Notes under the pieces: model-generated
Database searches by the model: none
What the model was told of the DNA's origin: nothing
Seen by the model: only the letters and a program-made list of their open reading frames with translations
Assembly (NCBI RefSeq): GCF_040382755.1
Contig: NZ_JBEIET010000001.1
Location: forward strand, 2,396-66,395
Length of the DNA: 64,000 bases
Direction of reading: 5' to 3'
Source: Flavobacterium sp.
Lineage (GTDB): Bacteria > Bacteroidota > Bacteroidia > Flavobacteriales > Flavobacteriaceae
Shown here: one piece after another, positions 46,756-55,909 of the stretch
Layout of the letters: each line of letters begins with the position of its first letter
How positions within the stretch are numbered: position 1 is the first letter of the stretch
Position numbers and translations under genes: made by a program

Positions 46756-48144
46756 ATGAAATACGATATTATAGTTTTAGGAAGTGGTCCTGGTGGATAT
46801 GTTACAGCAATTAGAGCCTCACAATTAGGATTTAAAGTTGCCGTTATTGAAAAAGAAAATTTAGGTGGTGTATGTTTAAATTGGGGGTGTATTCCAACAA
46901 AAGCCTTACTGAAATCAGCACAAGTTTTCGATTATTTAAAACACGCTGCCGACTACGGATTAAAAGTAGATAACGTAGATAAAGATTTTAACGCCGTGGT
47001 TGCCCGTTCACGTAATGTGGCTGGTGGAATGAGCAAAGGTGTTCAATTCTTAATGAAAAAAAATAAAATTGATGTTATTGATGGTTTTGGAAAAGTAAAA
47101 CCAGGAAAGAAAATTGATGTAACTGCCGCTGATGGAAAAGTTACAGAATATTCTGCTGATAACATTATTATTGCAACTGGTGCACGCTCTCGTGAATTGC
47201 CAAACTTACCACAAGATGGTGTAAAAGTTATTGGATACAGACAAGCAATGACATTACCAACGCAACCAAAATCTATGATTATTGTAGGTTCTGGAGCAAT
47301 TGGAGTGGAATTTGCACATTTTTATAACGCAATGGGAACACAAGTTACTATTGTAGAATTTATGCCAAATATTGTTCCTGTTGAAGACGAAGACATTTCA
47401 AAACAAATGGAACGCTCTATGAAAAAAGCAGGTGTTACTATTATGACAAATTCATCTGTAGAAAAAATAGATACAACTGGAAAAGGCGTAAAAGCAACTG
47501 TAAAAACAGCTAAAGGTGAAGAAGTTATCGAAGCTGATATTTTACTTTCTGCAGTTGGTATCAAAACAAACATTGAAAACATTGGTTTAGAAGATGTAGG
47601 AATTGCTACTGACAGAGATAAAATTTTAGTAAACGATTTCTATCAAACTAATGTTCCTGGATATTATGCTATTGGAGATATTACTCCTGGTCAGGCTTTA
47701 GCACACGTGGCGTCTGCAGAAGGAATTTTATGTGTAGAAAAAATTGCAGGTTTACACGTTGAACCATTAGATTACGGAAACATACCAGGTTGTACGTATG
47801 CTACTCCAGAAATTGCTTCAGTTGGTTTAACTGAAAAAGCAGCTAAAGAAAAAGGATATGATATTAAAGTAGGTAAATTCCCGTTCTCAGCATCTGGAAA
47901 AGCTACTGCTGCAGGAACTACTGACGGATTTGTAAAAGTAATTTTCGATGCCAAATACGGAGAATGGTTAGGATGCCATATGATTGGTGCTGGCGTTACT
48001 GATATGATTGCAGAAGCAGTTGTAGCAAGAAAACTTGAAACTACAGGACACGAAATATTAAAAACCGTTCACCCACACCCTACTATGAGTGAGGCCGTTA
48101 TGGAAGCAGTTGCTGCTGCTTATGATGAAGTGATTCATATTTAA
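46756..48144 (+). CDS. lpdA: dihydrolipoyl dehydrogenase
   Basis: 462 aa. Motifs: GSGPGGY, the redox disulfide CLNWGCIPTK, and C-terminal HPHPTMSE. Confidence 0.94.
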   Translation: MKYDIIVLGSGPGGYVTAIRASQLGFKVAVIEKENLGGVCLNWGCIPTKALLKSAQVFDYLKHAADYGLKVDNVDKDFNAVVARSRNVAGGMSKGVQFLMKKNKIDVIDGFGKVKPGKKIDVTAADGKVTEYSADNIIIATGARSRELPNLPQDGVKVIGYRQAMTLPTQPKSMIIVGSGAIGVEFAHFYNAMGTQVTIVEFMPNIVPVEDEDISKQMERSMKKAGVTIMTNSSVEKIDTTGKGVKATVKTAKGEEVIEADILLSAVGIKTNIENIGLEDVGIATDRDKILVNDFYQTNVPGYYAIGDITPGQALAHVASAEGILCVEKIAGLHVEPLDYGNIPGCTYATPEIASVGLTEKAAKEKGYDIKVGKFPFSASGKATAAGTTDGFVKVIFDAKYGEWLGCHMIGAGVTDMIAEAVVARKLETTGHEILKTVHPHPTMSEAVMEAVAAAYDEVIHI

Positions 48145-48175
48145 GATTTACGATTTTAGATTTACGATTTACGAT
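48145..48175. repeat. tandem GATTTAC-based repeat (GATTTACGATTTTAGATTTACGATTTACGAT)
   Basis: It starts immediately after the lpdA stop codon. Confidence 0.8.
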
Positions 48176-48214
48176 AAAAAAAACCGTCACGTTTAAAACT
48201 TGACGGTTTTTTTT
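48176..48214. terminator. bidirectional terminator (lpdA / glmM)
   Basis: AAAAAAAACCGTCA-CGTTTAAAACT-TGACGGTTTTTTTT. Confidence 0.85.
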
Positions 48215-48258
48215 ATATGTTATTTTATTATTAAACCTGTCAGGTATAATTTCTTTTA

Positions 48259-49665
48259 CTATATCCCAGCAATTACTTTAAGTTCCTTAACAAAACGTTC
48301 AGCTAAAACATCAGCTTCATTTTGCGTTGGTGCTTCTGTATAAATTCTGATAATAGGTTCGGTATTCGATTTTCTTAAATGTACCCATTCGGTAGCAAAA
48401 TCAATTTTTACTCCATCCAATGTGGATAGTGAGCTTGTCGAACTATCGTTTTTATAAGTCGCAGTTAACGATTCTAAAATAGCATCTACATCTATTTGTG
48501 GCGTCAATTCAATTTTATTTTTACTCATATAATATTGCGGATAACTGGCACGTAATTCGGCAACTGTTTTATCTTGACCTGCCAAATACGTTAAAAATAA
48601 CGCTACGCCTACCAAACTATCTCTTCCGTAATGCAATTCTGGATATATAATTCCGCCATTTCCTTCACCACCAATTATAGCGTTGGTTTTTTTCATTAAT
48701 TCAACTACATTTACTTCACCAACGGCACTGGCTTGGTAACTTCCATTATGCTTTTCAGTAATGTCACGCAATGCACGAGACGAGCTCATATTAGAAACTG
48801 TATTTCCAGGTGTTTTACTCAAAACATAATCGGCTACAGCCACTAACGTATATTCTTCACCAAACATTTCACCATCATTTGAAATAAATGCCAAACGATC
48901 TACATCTGGGTCTACTACTATTCCAAAATCGGCTTTTTCATCTAAAACAAGCTTACATATATCCGTTAAATGCTCTTTTAAAGGTTCTGGATTATGAGGA
49001 AAATGTCCGTTTGGTTCGCAATATAATTTCACCACTTCCACGCCCATTTGTTCTAATAAATTAGGAATGACAATACCTCCAGAAGAATTGACACCATCTA
49101 CTACAACTTTATATTTCTTAGTTTTCACTAAATCTGCATCTACTAAAGGCAATTCCAATACTTCATCAATGTGAATATCCATATAAGAATCGTTACTCGT
49201 AACTTCACCTAAACTATCAACATCTACAAAATCAAACGCTTCTGCCTCGGCAATTTCTAAAATTTTAGCACCTTCTGCCCCACTTAAAAATTCGCCTTTG
49301 GCATTTAATAACTTTAAGGCGTTCCATTGTTTCGGATTGTGAGAAGCTGTTAAAATAATACCACCATCCGCTTGTTCCATTGGCACCGCTACTTCTACTG
49401 TTGGCGTGGTAGAAAGTCCTAAATCGATAACATCAATTCCTAATCCTAAAAGGGTGTTTTGTACTAAATTATGAATCATAGGTCCAGAAATACGCGCATC
49501 ACGACCAATTACAACTTTAAGTCTTCTATCTGTAACGGTAGAGGTGTTTTTCAAAAACGTACCATATGCCGAAGCAAATTTTACCGCATCTACAGGCGTT
49601 AAGTTATCGCCTACTTTCCCACCAATGGTACCTCTAATTCCTGAAATTGATTTTATTAATGTCAT
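48259..49665 (-). CDS. glmM: phosphoglucosamine mutase
   Basis: 468 aa. It has the phosphoserine loop TASHNPKQWN and the Mg site DPDVDR. The alpha-D-phosphohexomutase assignment is firm, but GlmM versus another specificity is inferred. Confidence 0.82.
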   Translation of the reverse strand: MTLIKSISGIRGTIGGKVGDNLTPVDAVKFASAYGTFLKNTSTVTDRRLKVVIGRDARISGPMIHNLVQNTLLGLGIDVIDLGLSTTPTVEVAVPMEQADGGIILTASHNPKQWNALKLLNAKGEFLSGAEGAKILEIAEAEAFDFVDVDSLGEVTSNDSYMDIHIDEVLELPLVDADLVKTKKYKVVVDGVNSSGGIVIPNLLEQMGVEVVKLYCEPNGHFPHNPEPLKEHLTDICKLVLDEKADFGIVVDPDVDRLAFISNDGEMFGEEYTLVAVADYVLSKTPGNTVSNMSSSRALRDITEKHNGSYQASAVGEVNVVELMKKTNAIIGGEGNGGIIYPELHYGRDSLVGVALFLTYLAGQDKTVAELRASYPQYYMSKNKIELTPQIDVDAILESLTATYKNDSSTSSLSTLDGVKIDFATEWVHLRKSNTEPIIRIYTEAPTQNEADVLAERFVKELKVIAGI

Positions 49666-49726
49666 TATTTAATGTTTATAAAGTTTAAAAGGGTTATTTG
49701 TTGAAAAGTTAACCCCGCATAAAATA

Positions 49727-49734
49727 CAAAGATA
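49727..49734 (-). promoter_or_regulatory. candidate -7 box TATCTTTG for glmM
   Basis: CAAAGATA on the plus strand, about 60 nt upstream of the glmM ATG. Confidence 0.5.
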
Positions 49735-49814
49735 AATCTTCAACATAAGATAACAATAAAACATTCAAAGAATTTTATATATTTACGAAAGAAATAACTA
49801 TTAATTTTTTTTGC

Positions 49815-49866
49815 AACACAGATTTTAAAAATTATATAAATTTCTAAAATTTCTAAAATCTGTGTT
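49815..49866. repeat. perfect 13-bp inverted repeat AACACAGATTTTA / TAAAATCTGTGTT with 26-nt spacer
   Basis: The arms are at 49815-49827 and 49854-49866. The spacer holds a tandem TTTCTAAAA x2 and a near -7 box, TAAATTTC. Confidence 0.85.
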
Positions 49867-49904
49867 TCTAAATTACTATTCCATTTAACCAAATAACCAC
49901 AAAC

Positions 49905-50513
49905 TTGAACTATCTCGCACACATATACCTTTCCGATGAAGATAATTTCATTAAAATAGGCAATTTTATGGCCGATGCTATTAAAGGAAATTCATACGAG
50001 TCGTATCCTGTAGGTATTCAAATTGGAGTGAAACTACACCGTTTTATTGATAGTTTTACAGATTCACACGAAATATATCGTAAAAGCAAACATCGATTAC
50101 ATCAGAAATTCGGACATTATTCAGGTGTGATAATGGATATTGTTTACGATCATTTTTTAGCAAAAAACTGGCAGCAATTTTCTGACACACCTCTTGAACA
50201 GTATGCCGATGATTTTTATAACCTACTCCAAAAGGAATATGCAATTTTAACACCAAAAACGCAAAATGCATTGCCTTATATGATAAAAACCAATTGGTTG
50301 GTGTGTTATCAATCATTAGAAGGATTGGAATTAATTTTATTTCAAATGGATTATCGCACTAAAAACCGAGTAAATATGCCCGCTGCGATGGAAGACATTC
50401 AAGCGTTTTATTCAGAAATTGAGCAAGAATTTTTAGCGTTTTTTACAGCATTACAACAACATACTAAATTAGAATTAGATACATTAAGAAATGAGTTTTG
50501 TTACTACAATTAA
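49905..50513 (+). CDS. acpH: acyl carrier protein phosphodiesterase
   Basis: 202 aa. The N-terminus MNYLAHIYLS...GNFMADAIKG is characteristic of AcpH. The start codon is TTG. Confidence 0.75.
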   Translation: MNYLAHIYLSDEDNFIKIGNFMADAIKGNSYESYPVGIQIGVKLHRFIDSFTDSHEIYRKSKHRLHQKFGHYSGVIMDIVYDHFLAKNWQQFSDTPLEQYADDFYNLLQKEYAILTPKTQNALPYMIKTNWLVCYQSLEGLELILFQMDYRTKNRVNMPAAMEDIQAFYSEIEQEFLAFFTALQQHTKLELDTLRNEFCYYN

Positions 50514-51159
50514 GCAACAGTTTGAAGCCAATGAAAATGTGGGCTACGGAAAAAAGCAAAGTGATTATTTAAAGAATAATTTTCCTTTTTATGGCATTCA
50601 AACCCAAGCCAGACGTGATATTCTAAAAAAATGTACTTCTGTTTATAAAGATGAAATCAAAACAAATTTTAGAGCCATTTGTTGGCAATTGTATCAATTT
50701 CCACATCGAGAAATGCATCACGCTGCCATTGATATTTTCATCAAAGAAATCAAGAATAACTATCAAATTGAAGATATACTTTTAATTGAAAAACTCATTA
50801 CTACAAACTCCTGGTGGGACAGTGTAGACACTTTAGCGAAATACGCTGTGGGTGGCTATTTAGAAACGTTTCCAGAAAAAACATATGAAATTATCGAAGC
50901 ATTTTCAAATGCTGATAGTATGTGGCTCAACCGCACGGCGATTATTTTTCAATTGGGCTATAAACAAAAAACAGATTTTAATATACTGGTTTCTGAATGT
51001 GAAAAACACAAACAGTCAACTGAGTTTTTCATTCAAAAAGCCATAGGTTGGGCATTACGCGAGTACGGTTCGGTAAATCCAACAGCGGTTTTAAATTATG
51101 TAAACAGCACCAATTTAAAACCCTTAAGTAAAAAAGAAGCTATTAGAAAAATCATTTAA
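50491..51159 (+). CDS. DNA alkylation repair protein (AlkD-like HEAT-repeat family)
   Basis: 222 aa. Motifs: YLKNNFPFYGIQTQARRDI, WWDSVDTLA, IQKAIGWALREY. It overlaps the acpH 3' end by 23 nt. Confidence 0.75.
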   Translation: MSFVTTIKQQFEANENVGYGKKQSDYLKNNFPFYGIQTQARRDILKKCTSVYKDEIKTNFRAICWQLYQFPHREMHHAAIDIFIKEIKNNYQIEDILLIEKLITTNSWWDSVDTLAKYAVGGYLETFPEKTYEIIEAFSNADSMWLNRTAIIFQLGYKQKTDFNILVSECEKHKQSTEFFIQKAIGWALREYGSVNPTAVLNYVNSTNLKPLSKKEAIRKII

Positions 51160-51315
51160 TTGCTATTTTTTTGCTACAAATTCAATATTTCAATTTATAA
51201 TAGTTCGGTATTTCGTAGGAAAATAAAATCCGTTACATCTGTCAAATCTGTGTACCTAAAACATTTTATCTTTTAAAAAATTAGCGTATTTTAGCCATTC
51301 TAAATAAAAACCCTT

Positions 51316-53115
51316 GTGTTCAAACGATTACAAAAAATAGCGCATTTTTTTGAAAACTATTTTTCTAAACTGAAGTCGGTTTTAGAACCGCGTCAGTTTT
51401 TATACATTTCAAGTGTTTTAGTAGGATTATCAGCGGCTTTGGCGGTAATTGTATTAAAAACATTTGCCCACAACGTATTTATATTTTCACAATATCTAAA
51501 CACAAAACTGCATTTGCCTTACAGTAAAAGCACCTTGCCTATTATTGGAATTTTACTAACGGTATTTGTAATTAAAAATTTCTTAAACGGAAACATCCAA
51601 AAAGGAACCTCCCAAATTATGTATGCCGTGGCAAAAAAAAGAAGCGTAATGCCTGGTAAGCAAATGTATGCCCAAATTATTACCAGTTCGTTAACTGTAG
51701 GTATGGGTGGAAGCGCTGGATTGGAGTCGCCTATTACCATTACTGGTGCAGCTTTTGGGAGTAATTATGCTTTAAAATACCGATTAAGTTACAAAGACAG
51801 AACCTTACTTTTAGCCTGTGGTGTCGCTGCCGGAATAGCTGCTGCATTTAACGCGCCAATTGCGGGCGTTTTGTTTGCTATTGAAGTAGTTTTAGCAGAA
51901 ATTAGCATTACGGCTTTTACGCCTTTAATAATTAGTGCCGCAACGGGATCCATTGTTTCGATGTTATTATTAAATGAAGATGCGTTATTTAGTTTCAAAT
52001 CGATACAAGATTTTGATTCTAAAAACATTCCTTTTTATATTATTTTAGGAATTTTGTCTGGATTTGTTTCCATTCATTACGCCAGAAATTTTAGAAAAGT
52101 AGAACATTTTTTCGCAACACGAAGTAAAAACACCTACCGAAAAGCCTTGTTTGGCGCCTTAATTTTAGGGATATTGATTTTTATATTTCCCAGTTTATTT
52201 GGTGAAGGATACGAAGGCATAAAACTCTTAGCGGCCAACCAGCCTGAAAAACTATTAGAAAACACCCTTGTAGAAAAATTTGATTCCAACAAATGGATTA
52301 TTTTTGGTTTCATTACCTTAACCTTATTATTTAAAGTTTTCGCTACCGGAATTACTTTAGGTGCGGGTGGTAATGGTGGTAACTTTGCACCTTCCCTATT
52401 TGTAGGTTCGTATTTAGGATTTTCAACAGCGTATTTTTTCAATATGTTGAAAATTACAAATTTGCCTATTAGTAATTTCACATTAGTAGGAATGTCAGGT
52501 GTGTTGAGTGGTTTGTTTCATTCGCCTTTAACCGCGATATTTTTGATTGCTGAAATTACAGGTGGCTATAGTTTAATGGTGCCTTTAATGTTGGTATCTT
52601 CTATAAGTTTTGCCATATCTAAACACTTTGAACCGTACTCGTTTGACATTAAAAACCTTGCCGATAAAGGCGACGTTTTTACAGATGATAAAGACAAAAA
52701 TATATTACAATCTATTGATGTTAAAAAACTGATTAACAATCATTTTACACCCGTAACCGAATCTAAAACTTTAGAAGCATTAATTGAAAAAATAGCCACT
52801 TCAGACGATGTTATTTTTCCTGTTTTAAATGACGACAACAAACTTATTGGTTTGATTTATTTGGATGATATTCGTCCGATTATATTTTCTGCGTTTAAAG
52901 TAAAATTTACGTCTATTACCGAAGTATTACAACCGGTAAAAGACAAAGACATTGTAGATTTTGAAGATCCTATTGAAAGCATAATGAATAAATTTGAAAG
53001 CACCCACCAAGCCATTTTACCCGTAGTGCAAGATAAAATATTTATTGGTTTCCTATCCAAAGCGGATATTTTAGAAAAATACCGCGAACAATTGAAAGAA
53101 TTGGTTATTGAGTAA
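51316..53115 (+). CDS. ClC family chloride channel/transporter with C-terminal CBS pair
   Basis: 599 aa. It has GSAGLESP and GGNFAP selectivity-filter-type motifs and two CBS modules at the C-terminus. The start codon is GTG. Confidence 0.88.
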   Translation: MFKRLQKIAHFFENYFSKLKSVLEPRQFLYISSVLVGLSAALAVIVLKTFAHNVFIFSQYLNTKLHLPYSKSTLPIIGILLTVFVIKNFLNGNIQKGTSQIMYAVAKKRSVMPGKQMYAQIITSSLTVGMGGSAGLESPITITGAAFGSNYALKYRLSYKDRTLLLACGVAAGIAAAFNAPIAGVLFAIEVVLAEISITAFTPLIISAATGSIVSMLLLNEDALFSFKSIQDFDSKNIPFYIILGILSGFVSIHYARNFRKVEHFFATRSKNTYRKALFGALILGILIFIFPSLFGEGYEGIKLLAANQPEKLLENTLVEKFDSNKWIIFGFITLTLLFKVFATGITLGAGGNGGNFAPSLFVGSYLGFSTAYFFNMLKITNLPISNFTLVGMSGVLSGLFHSPLTAIFLIAEITGGYSLMVPLMLVSSISFAISKHFEPYSFDIKNLADKGDVFTDDKDKNILQSIDVKKLINNHFTPVTESKTLEALIEKIATSDDVIFPVLNDDNKLIGLIYLDDIRPIIFSAFKVKFTSITEVLQPVKDKDIVDFEDPIESIMNKFESTHQAILPVVQDKIFIGFLSKADILEKYREQLKELVIE

Positions 53116-53185
53116 CCCTTTTTTTATTTCTTCTCCTACTCATTTTGTAGAAATCATTCTACAAAGAAGTGTGGAAATAATTTAT

Positions 53186-53193
53186 TACATTTG
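53186..53193 (+). promoter_or_regulatory. candidate -7 box TACATTTG for the nuclease/channel unit
   Basis: Exact TAnnTTTG about 110 nt upstream of the ATG at 53306. Confidence 0.45.
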
Positions 53194-53305
53194 ATTTATA
53201 CAAAACCAAAACAAAACTTCACATAGCTACCCAATTATGGGTTTACATACGAAGTTATATTTCGCAAATAAATTAGTTAAAATCAACCCTAACAGACGAA
53301 ACAGA

Positions 53306-54454
53306 ATGAAAAAAATTATACTGACATTATTCTCCCTTATAGCAATCCAAGCATTGACTTTTGGACAGCAGGAAGTCAAATCAAATGACGGAAAAACTGT
53401 TTTGTTGTATGGAGACGGTACTTGGTTATACTCTGACAGCATTCCATTGTATAACATTAAGGCAACTAACATAACAAAATTAGAACTCCCAAAAACTAAT
53501 TCCAAAGACAAAATTATCACGCACACAGGCTATTCGCTTTTATACAACGAAACACACGAACAAGCAAATTGGGTTGCCTACGAACTTACTAAAGAGGAAA
53601 CAAATAAACTTTTTGAACGAACAGATAAATTCATATCAGACCCAAAAGTAAAAACAGGAACTGCTTCTGAAAATGATTATGAAGGTTCTGGTTATGACAG
53701 AGGACACTTAGCTCCTGCGTCTGATATGGGTTGGTCAGCTAACACAATGGCTGAATCTTTTTACTATAGTAATATGAGTCCGCAGACACCCAGCTTCAAC
53801 AGAGGAATATGGAAAAATTTGGAAGAATTAGTTAGGACGTGGGCAATTGAAAACAATACTGTTTACGTTGTTACAGGACCAGTATTAACAAATGGCCTTC
53901 AAACAATTGGTCAAAATAAAGTTACTATTCCAAATTATTATTACAAGGTAATTTTAGATTACACTGAACCAAACATAAAAGGCATTGGCTTTATTCTTCC
54001 AAATACCGGGTCTAAGGAACAACTTCAATATTATGCTGTATCAATTGACAGCGTTGAAAAAATGACTGGAATTGACTTCTTCCCATTGCTACAAGACGAC
54101 CAAGAAGATTTAATTGAAAAAACTCTTTGTATTAAATGTTGGTCTTGGAAGAACATCAAAACAGCAATTGAAAAAAATGAAAATAAAGCAGCAGAATCCG
54201 TTCAATGTAATGGAGTGACAAAAGCCGGAGAGAAATGTAAAAACAAAACATTAAATATTAGTGGATATTGTTATCAACACGAAACGCAAATTAATAGTGA
54301 CAATCCGAAAGGCAATACCGAAGAAATCAAGAACCATTCTAATGAACCAACAAAAAGCAGTTCAACTTCTGTTCAATGCTCTGGAACTACAAAATCTGGT
54401 AGTAGATGCAAAAGAATGACTACCAGTTCAAACGGAAGGTGTTATCAACATTAG
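53306..54454 (+). CDS. secreted DNA/RNA non-specific endonuclease (NucA/EndoG beta-beta-alpha-Me family) with two C-terminal CX9CX10CX2H modules
   Basis: It has a signal peptide (MKKIILTLFSLIAIQALTFGQ). The catalytic motif is YDRGHLAPASD, with NMSPQ and the Asn region. The C-terminal modules are VQCNGVTKAGEKCKNKTLNISGYCYQH and VQCSGTTKSGSRCKRMTTSSNGRCYQH. Confidence 0.85.
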   Translation: MKKIILTLFSLIAIQALTFGQQEVKSNDGKTVLLYGDGTWLYSDSIPLYNIKATNITKLELPKTNSKDKIITHTGYSLLYNETHEQANWVAYELTKEETNKLFERTDKFISDPKVKTGTASENDYEGSGYDRGHLAPASDMGWSANTMAESFYYSNMSPQTPSFNRGIWKNLEELVRTWAIENNTVYVVTGPVLTNGLQTIGQNKVTIPNYYYKVILDYTEPNIKGIGFILPNTGSKEQLQYYAVSIDSVEKMTGIDFFPLLQDDQEDLIEKTLCIKCWSWKNIKTAIEKNENKAAESVQCNGVTKAGEKCKNKTLNISGYCYQHETQINSDNPKGNTEEIKNHSNEPTKSSSTSVQCSGTTKSGSRCKRMTTSSNGRCYQH

Positions 54455-54463
54455 AAAAAAAAT

Positions 54464-55144
54464 ATGACTGCATTAAATAATACCGAAAACAAACTTGGAC
54501 TTTTAAATATAATTGTTATTATACTTTCAATTTATGTATTGGGAGCATTAATAATTGACACCATTTTCGTTCTTCCGACAGAAACATCAACCTTATTGAA
54601 TTACATTGATAATACAATTTGTGCATTTTTCTTTTTTGAATTTTCAATTCGGTTCTTCAAAGCAGAAAGTAAATTAAAATTTATGAAATGGGGTTGGATT
54701 GACCTACTTTCAAGCATTCCTATGGTTGGTTTTCTTCGTGCAGGTAGACTGTTAAGACTTATCAGACTATTAAGAGTTATAAGAGCTTTTCGTTCAACAA
54801 GACATCTTGTAAATCATATTTTTGCTAATAAAGCACAAGGGGCTTTTACATCAATATCCATAATTGCAATCTTACTTGTTATTTTTTCTGCAATTGGAAT
54901 TTTACAAGTTGAAAACGACCCAAATAGTAATATAAAAACTGCCGAAGATGCAATTTGGTGGGCTTACGTTACTATCACAACAGTTGGTTATGGTGACAAA
55001 TTTCCTGTGACAACAGAAGGACGAATTATTGCAGCAATCTTAATGACGGCTGGTGTAGGTTTATTCGGGACATTTACTGCTTTTGTTGCATCTTGGTTTG
55101 TAATAGACAACAAAACAAATACAGAATCAAATGACGACAAATAA
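54464..55144 (+). CDS. voltage-sensor-containing potassium channel (ion transport family)
   Basis: 226 aa. The S4-like segment is RAGRLLRLIRLLRVIRAFR, the K+ selectivity filter is TTVGYGD, and an S6 segment follows. Confidence 0.85.
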   Translation: MTALNNTENKLGLLNIIVIILSIYVLGALIIDTIFVLPTETSTLLNYIDNTICAFFFFEFSIRFFKAESKLKFMKWGWIDLLSSIPMVGFLRAGRLLRLIRLLRVIRAFRSTRHLVNHIFANKAQGAFTSISIIAILLVIFSAIGILQVENDPNSNIKTAEDAIWWAYVTITTVGYGDKFPVTTEGRIIAAILMTAGVGLFGTFTAFVASWFVIDNKTNTESNDDK

Positions 55145-55210
55145 GAGTAGAAGTAATGCTTTTATAGCCTCAGCAAACGCAAACTTCTGACACGTAACAA
55201 AAAATGTAAA

Positions 55211-55218
55211 TACATTTG
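55211..55218 (+). promoter_or_regulatory. candidate -7 box TACATTTG for the small lipoprotein gene
   Basis: Exact TAnnTTTG 77 nt upstream of the ATG at 55295. Confidence 0.45.
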
Positions 55219-55294
55219 TATGCTAAAAAAATATAGCAATAATGGTTACGAGGGTGACGCTCGCAAAATCTTTGAAAGATTAAATAATTAAAAA

Positions 55295-55660
55295 ATGAAA
55301 AAAATATTCTTAATAATTTCTATTTTAACATTATCTTCTTGCGACTCTTTTTTTCAGTTAAATTTTGATAGAGAATTAACAGATAAAATACATTCAGAAT
55401 ATTTAAAAGAAAAGAAACTAATCGATTTAAATAATTTAACAGATTTTGAATGGGATAATTACTACATAATTTATCCTTATTCAATTCCTGAAGAAATTGA
55501 AAAAAAATATAAAATTGATTTATCAAATTTATCTGAATATGTAGCAATGGATGATTCTAAAAGAGTTTTAGTCTTTATAAAAAATAAAAAATCAATTAAA
55601 ATTTGCCAAATAAAATATCGAGTTGAATTTACCGAAAACAAACTATTGAAAATTTTATAA
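55295..55660 (+). CDS. hypothetical small lipoprotein
   Basis: 121 aa with the lipobox LTLSSC. No family recognised. Confidence 0.55.
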   Translation: MKKIFLIISILTLSSCDSFFQLNFDRELTDKIHSEYLKEKKLIDLNNLTDFEWDNYYIIYPYSIPEEIEKKYKIDLSNLSEYVAMDDSKRVLVFIKNKKSIKICQIKYRVEFTENKLLKIL

Positions 55661-55760
55661 ATTTAAAAAAGTACGGCTAACGTACATTTGTCAATATTAC
55701 GATTTTTGTACAAATTAAATATTCAAGTTTCAAAAGTAAAATCCCTCACTAAACATTCAT

Positions 55761-55860
55761 TTCTTCGGTATTCCTTCGGTACTTGTTCGGTACTTGTTCG
55801 GTAAATAGGTGTTTTTACCGAAGCGACTCCGAACAAACTCCGAACAAACTCCGAACAAAA
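55761..55860. repeat. 4+4 inverted array of TTCGG(T)/CCGAA half-sites with exact 11-bp phasing
   Basis: TTCGGTA occurs at 55764, 55775, 55786 and 55797. The complementary copies are TACCGAA at 55816 and CCGAACA at 55829, 55840 and 55851. The array is symmetric about position 55810. Confidence 0.9.
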
Positions 55861-55878
55861 CCTCTAAAAATAAACAAT

Positions 55879-55909
55879 AAAAAAAAGCGACATCACTGTC
55901 GCTTTTTTA
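55879..55909. terminator. bidirectional terminator (murA, and any plus-strand transcript from 55.7 kb)
   Basis: AAAAAAAAGCGACA-TCAC-TGTCGCTTTTTT. Confidence 0.85.
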
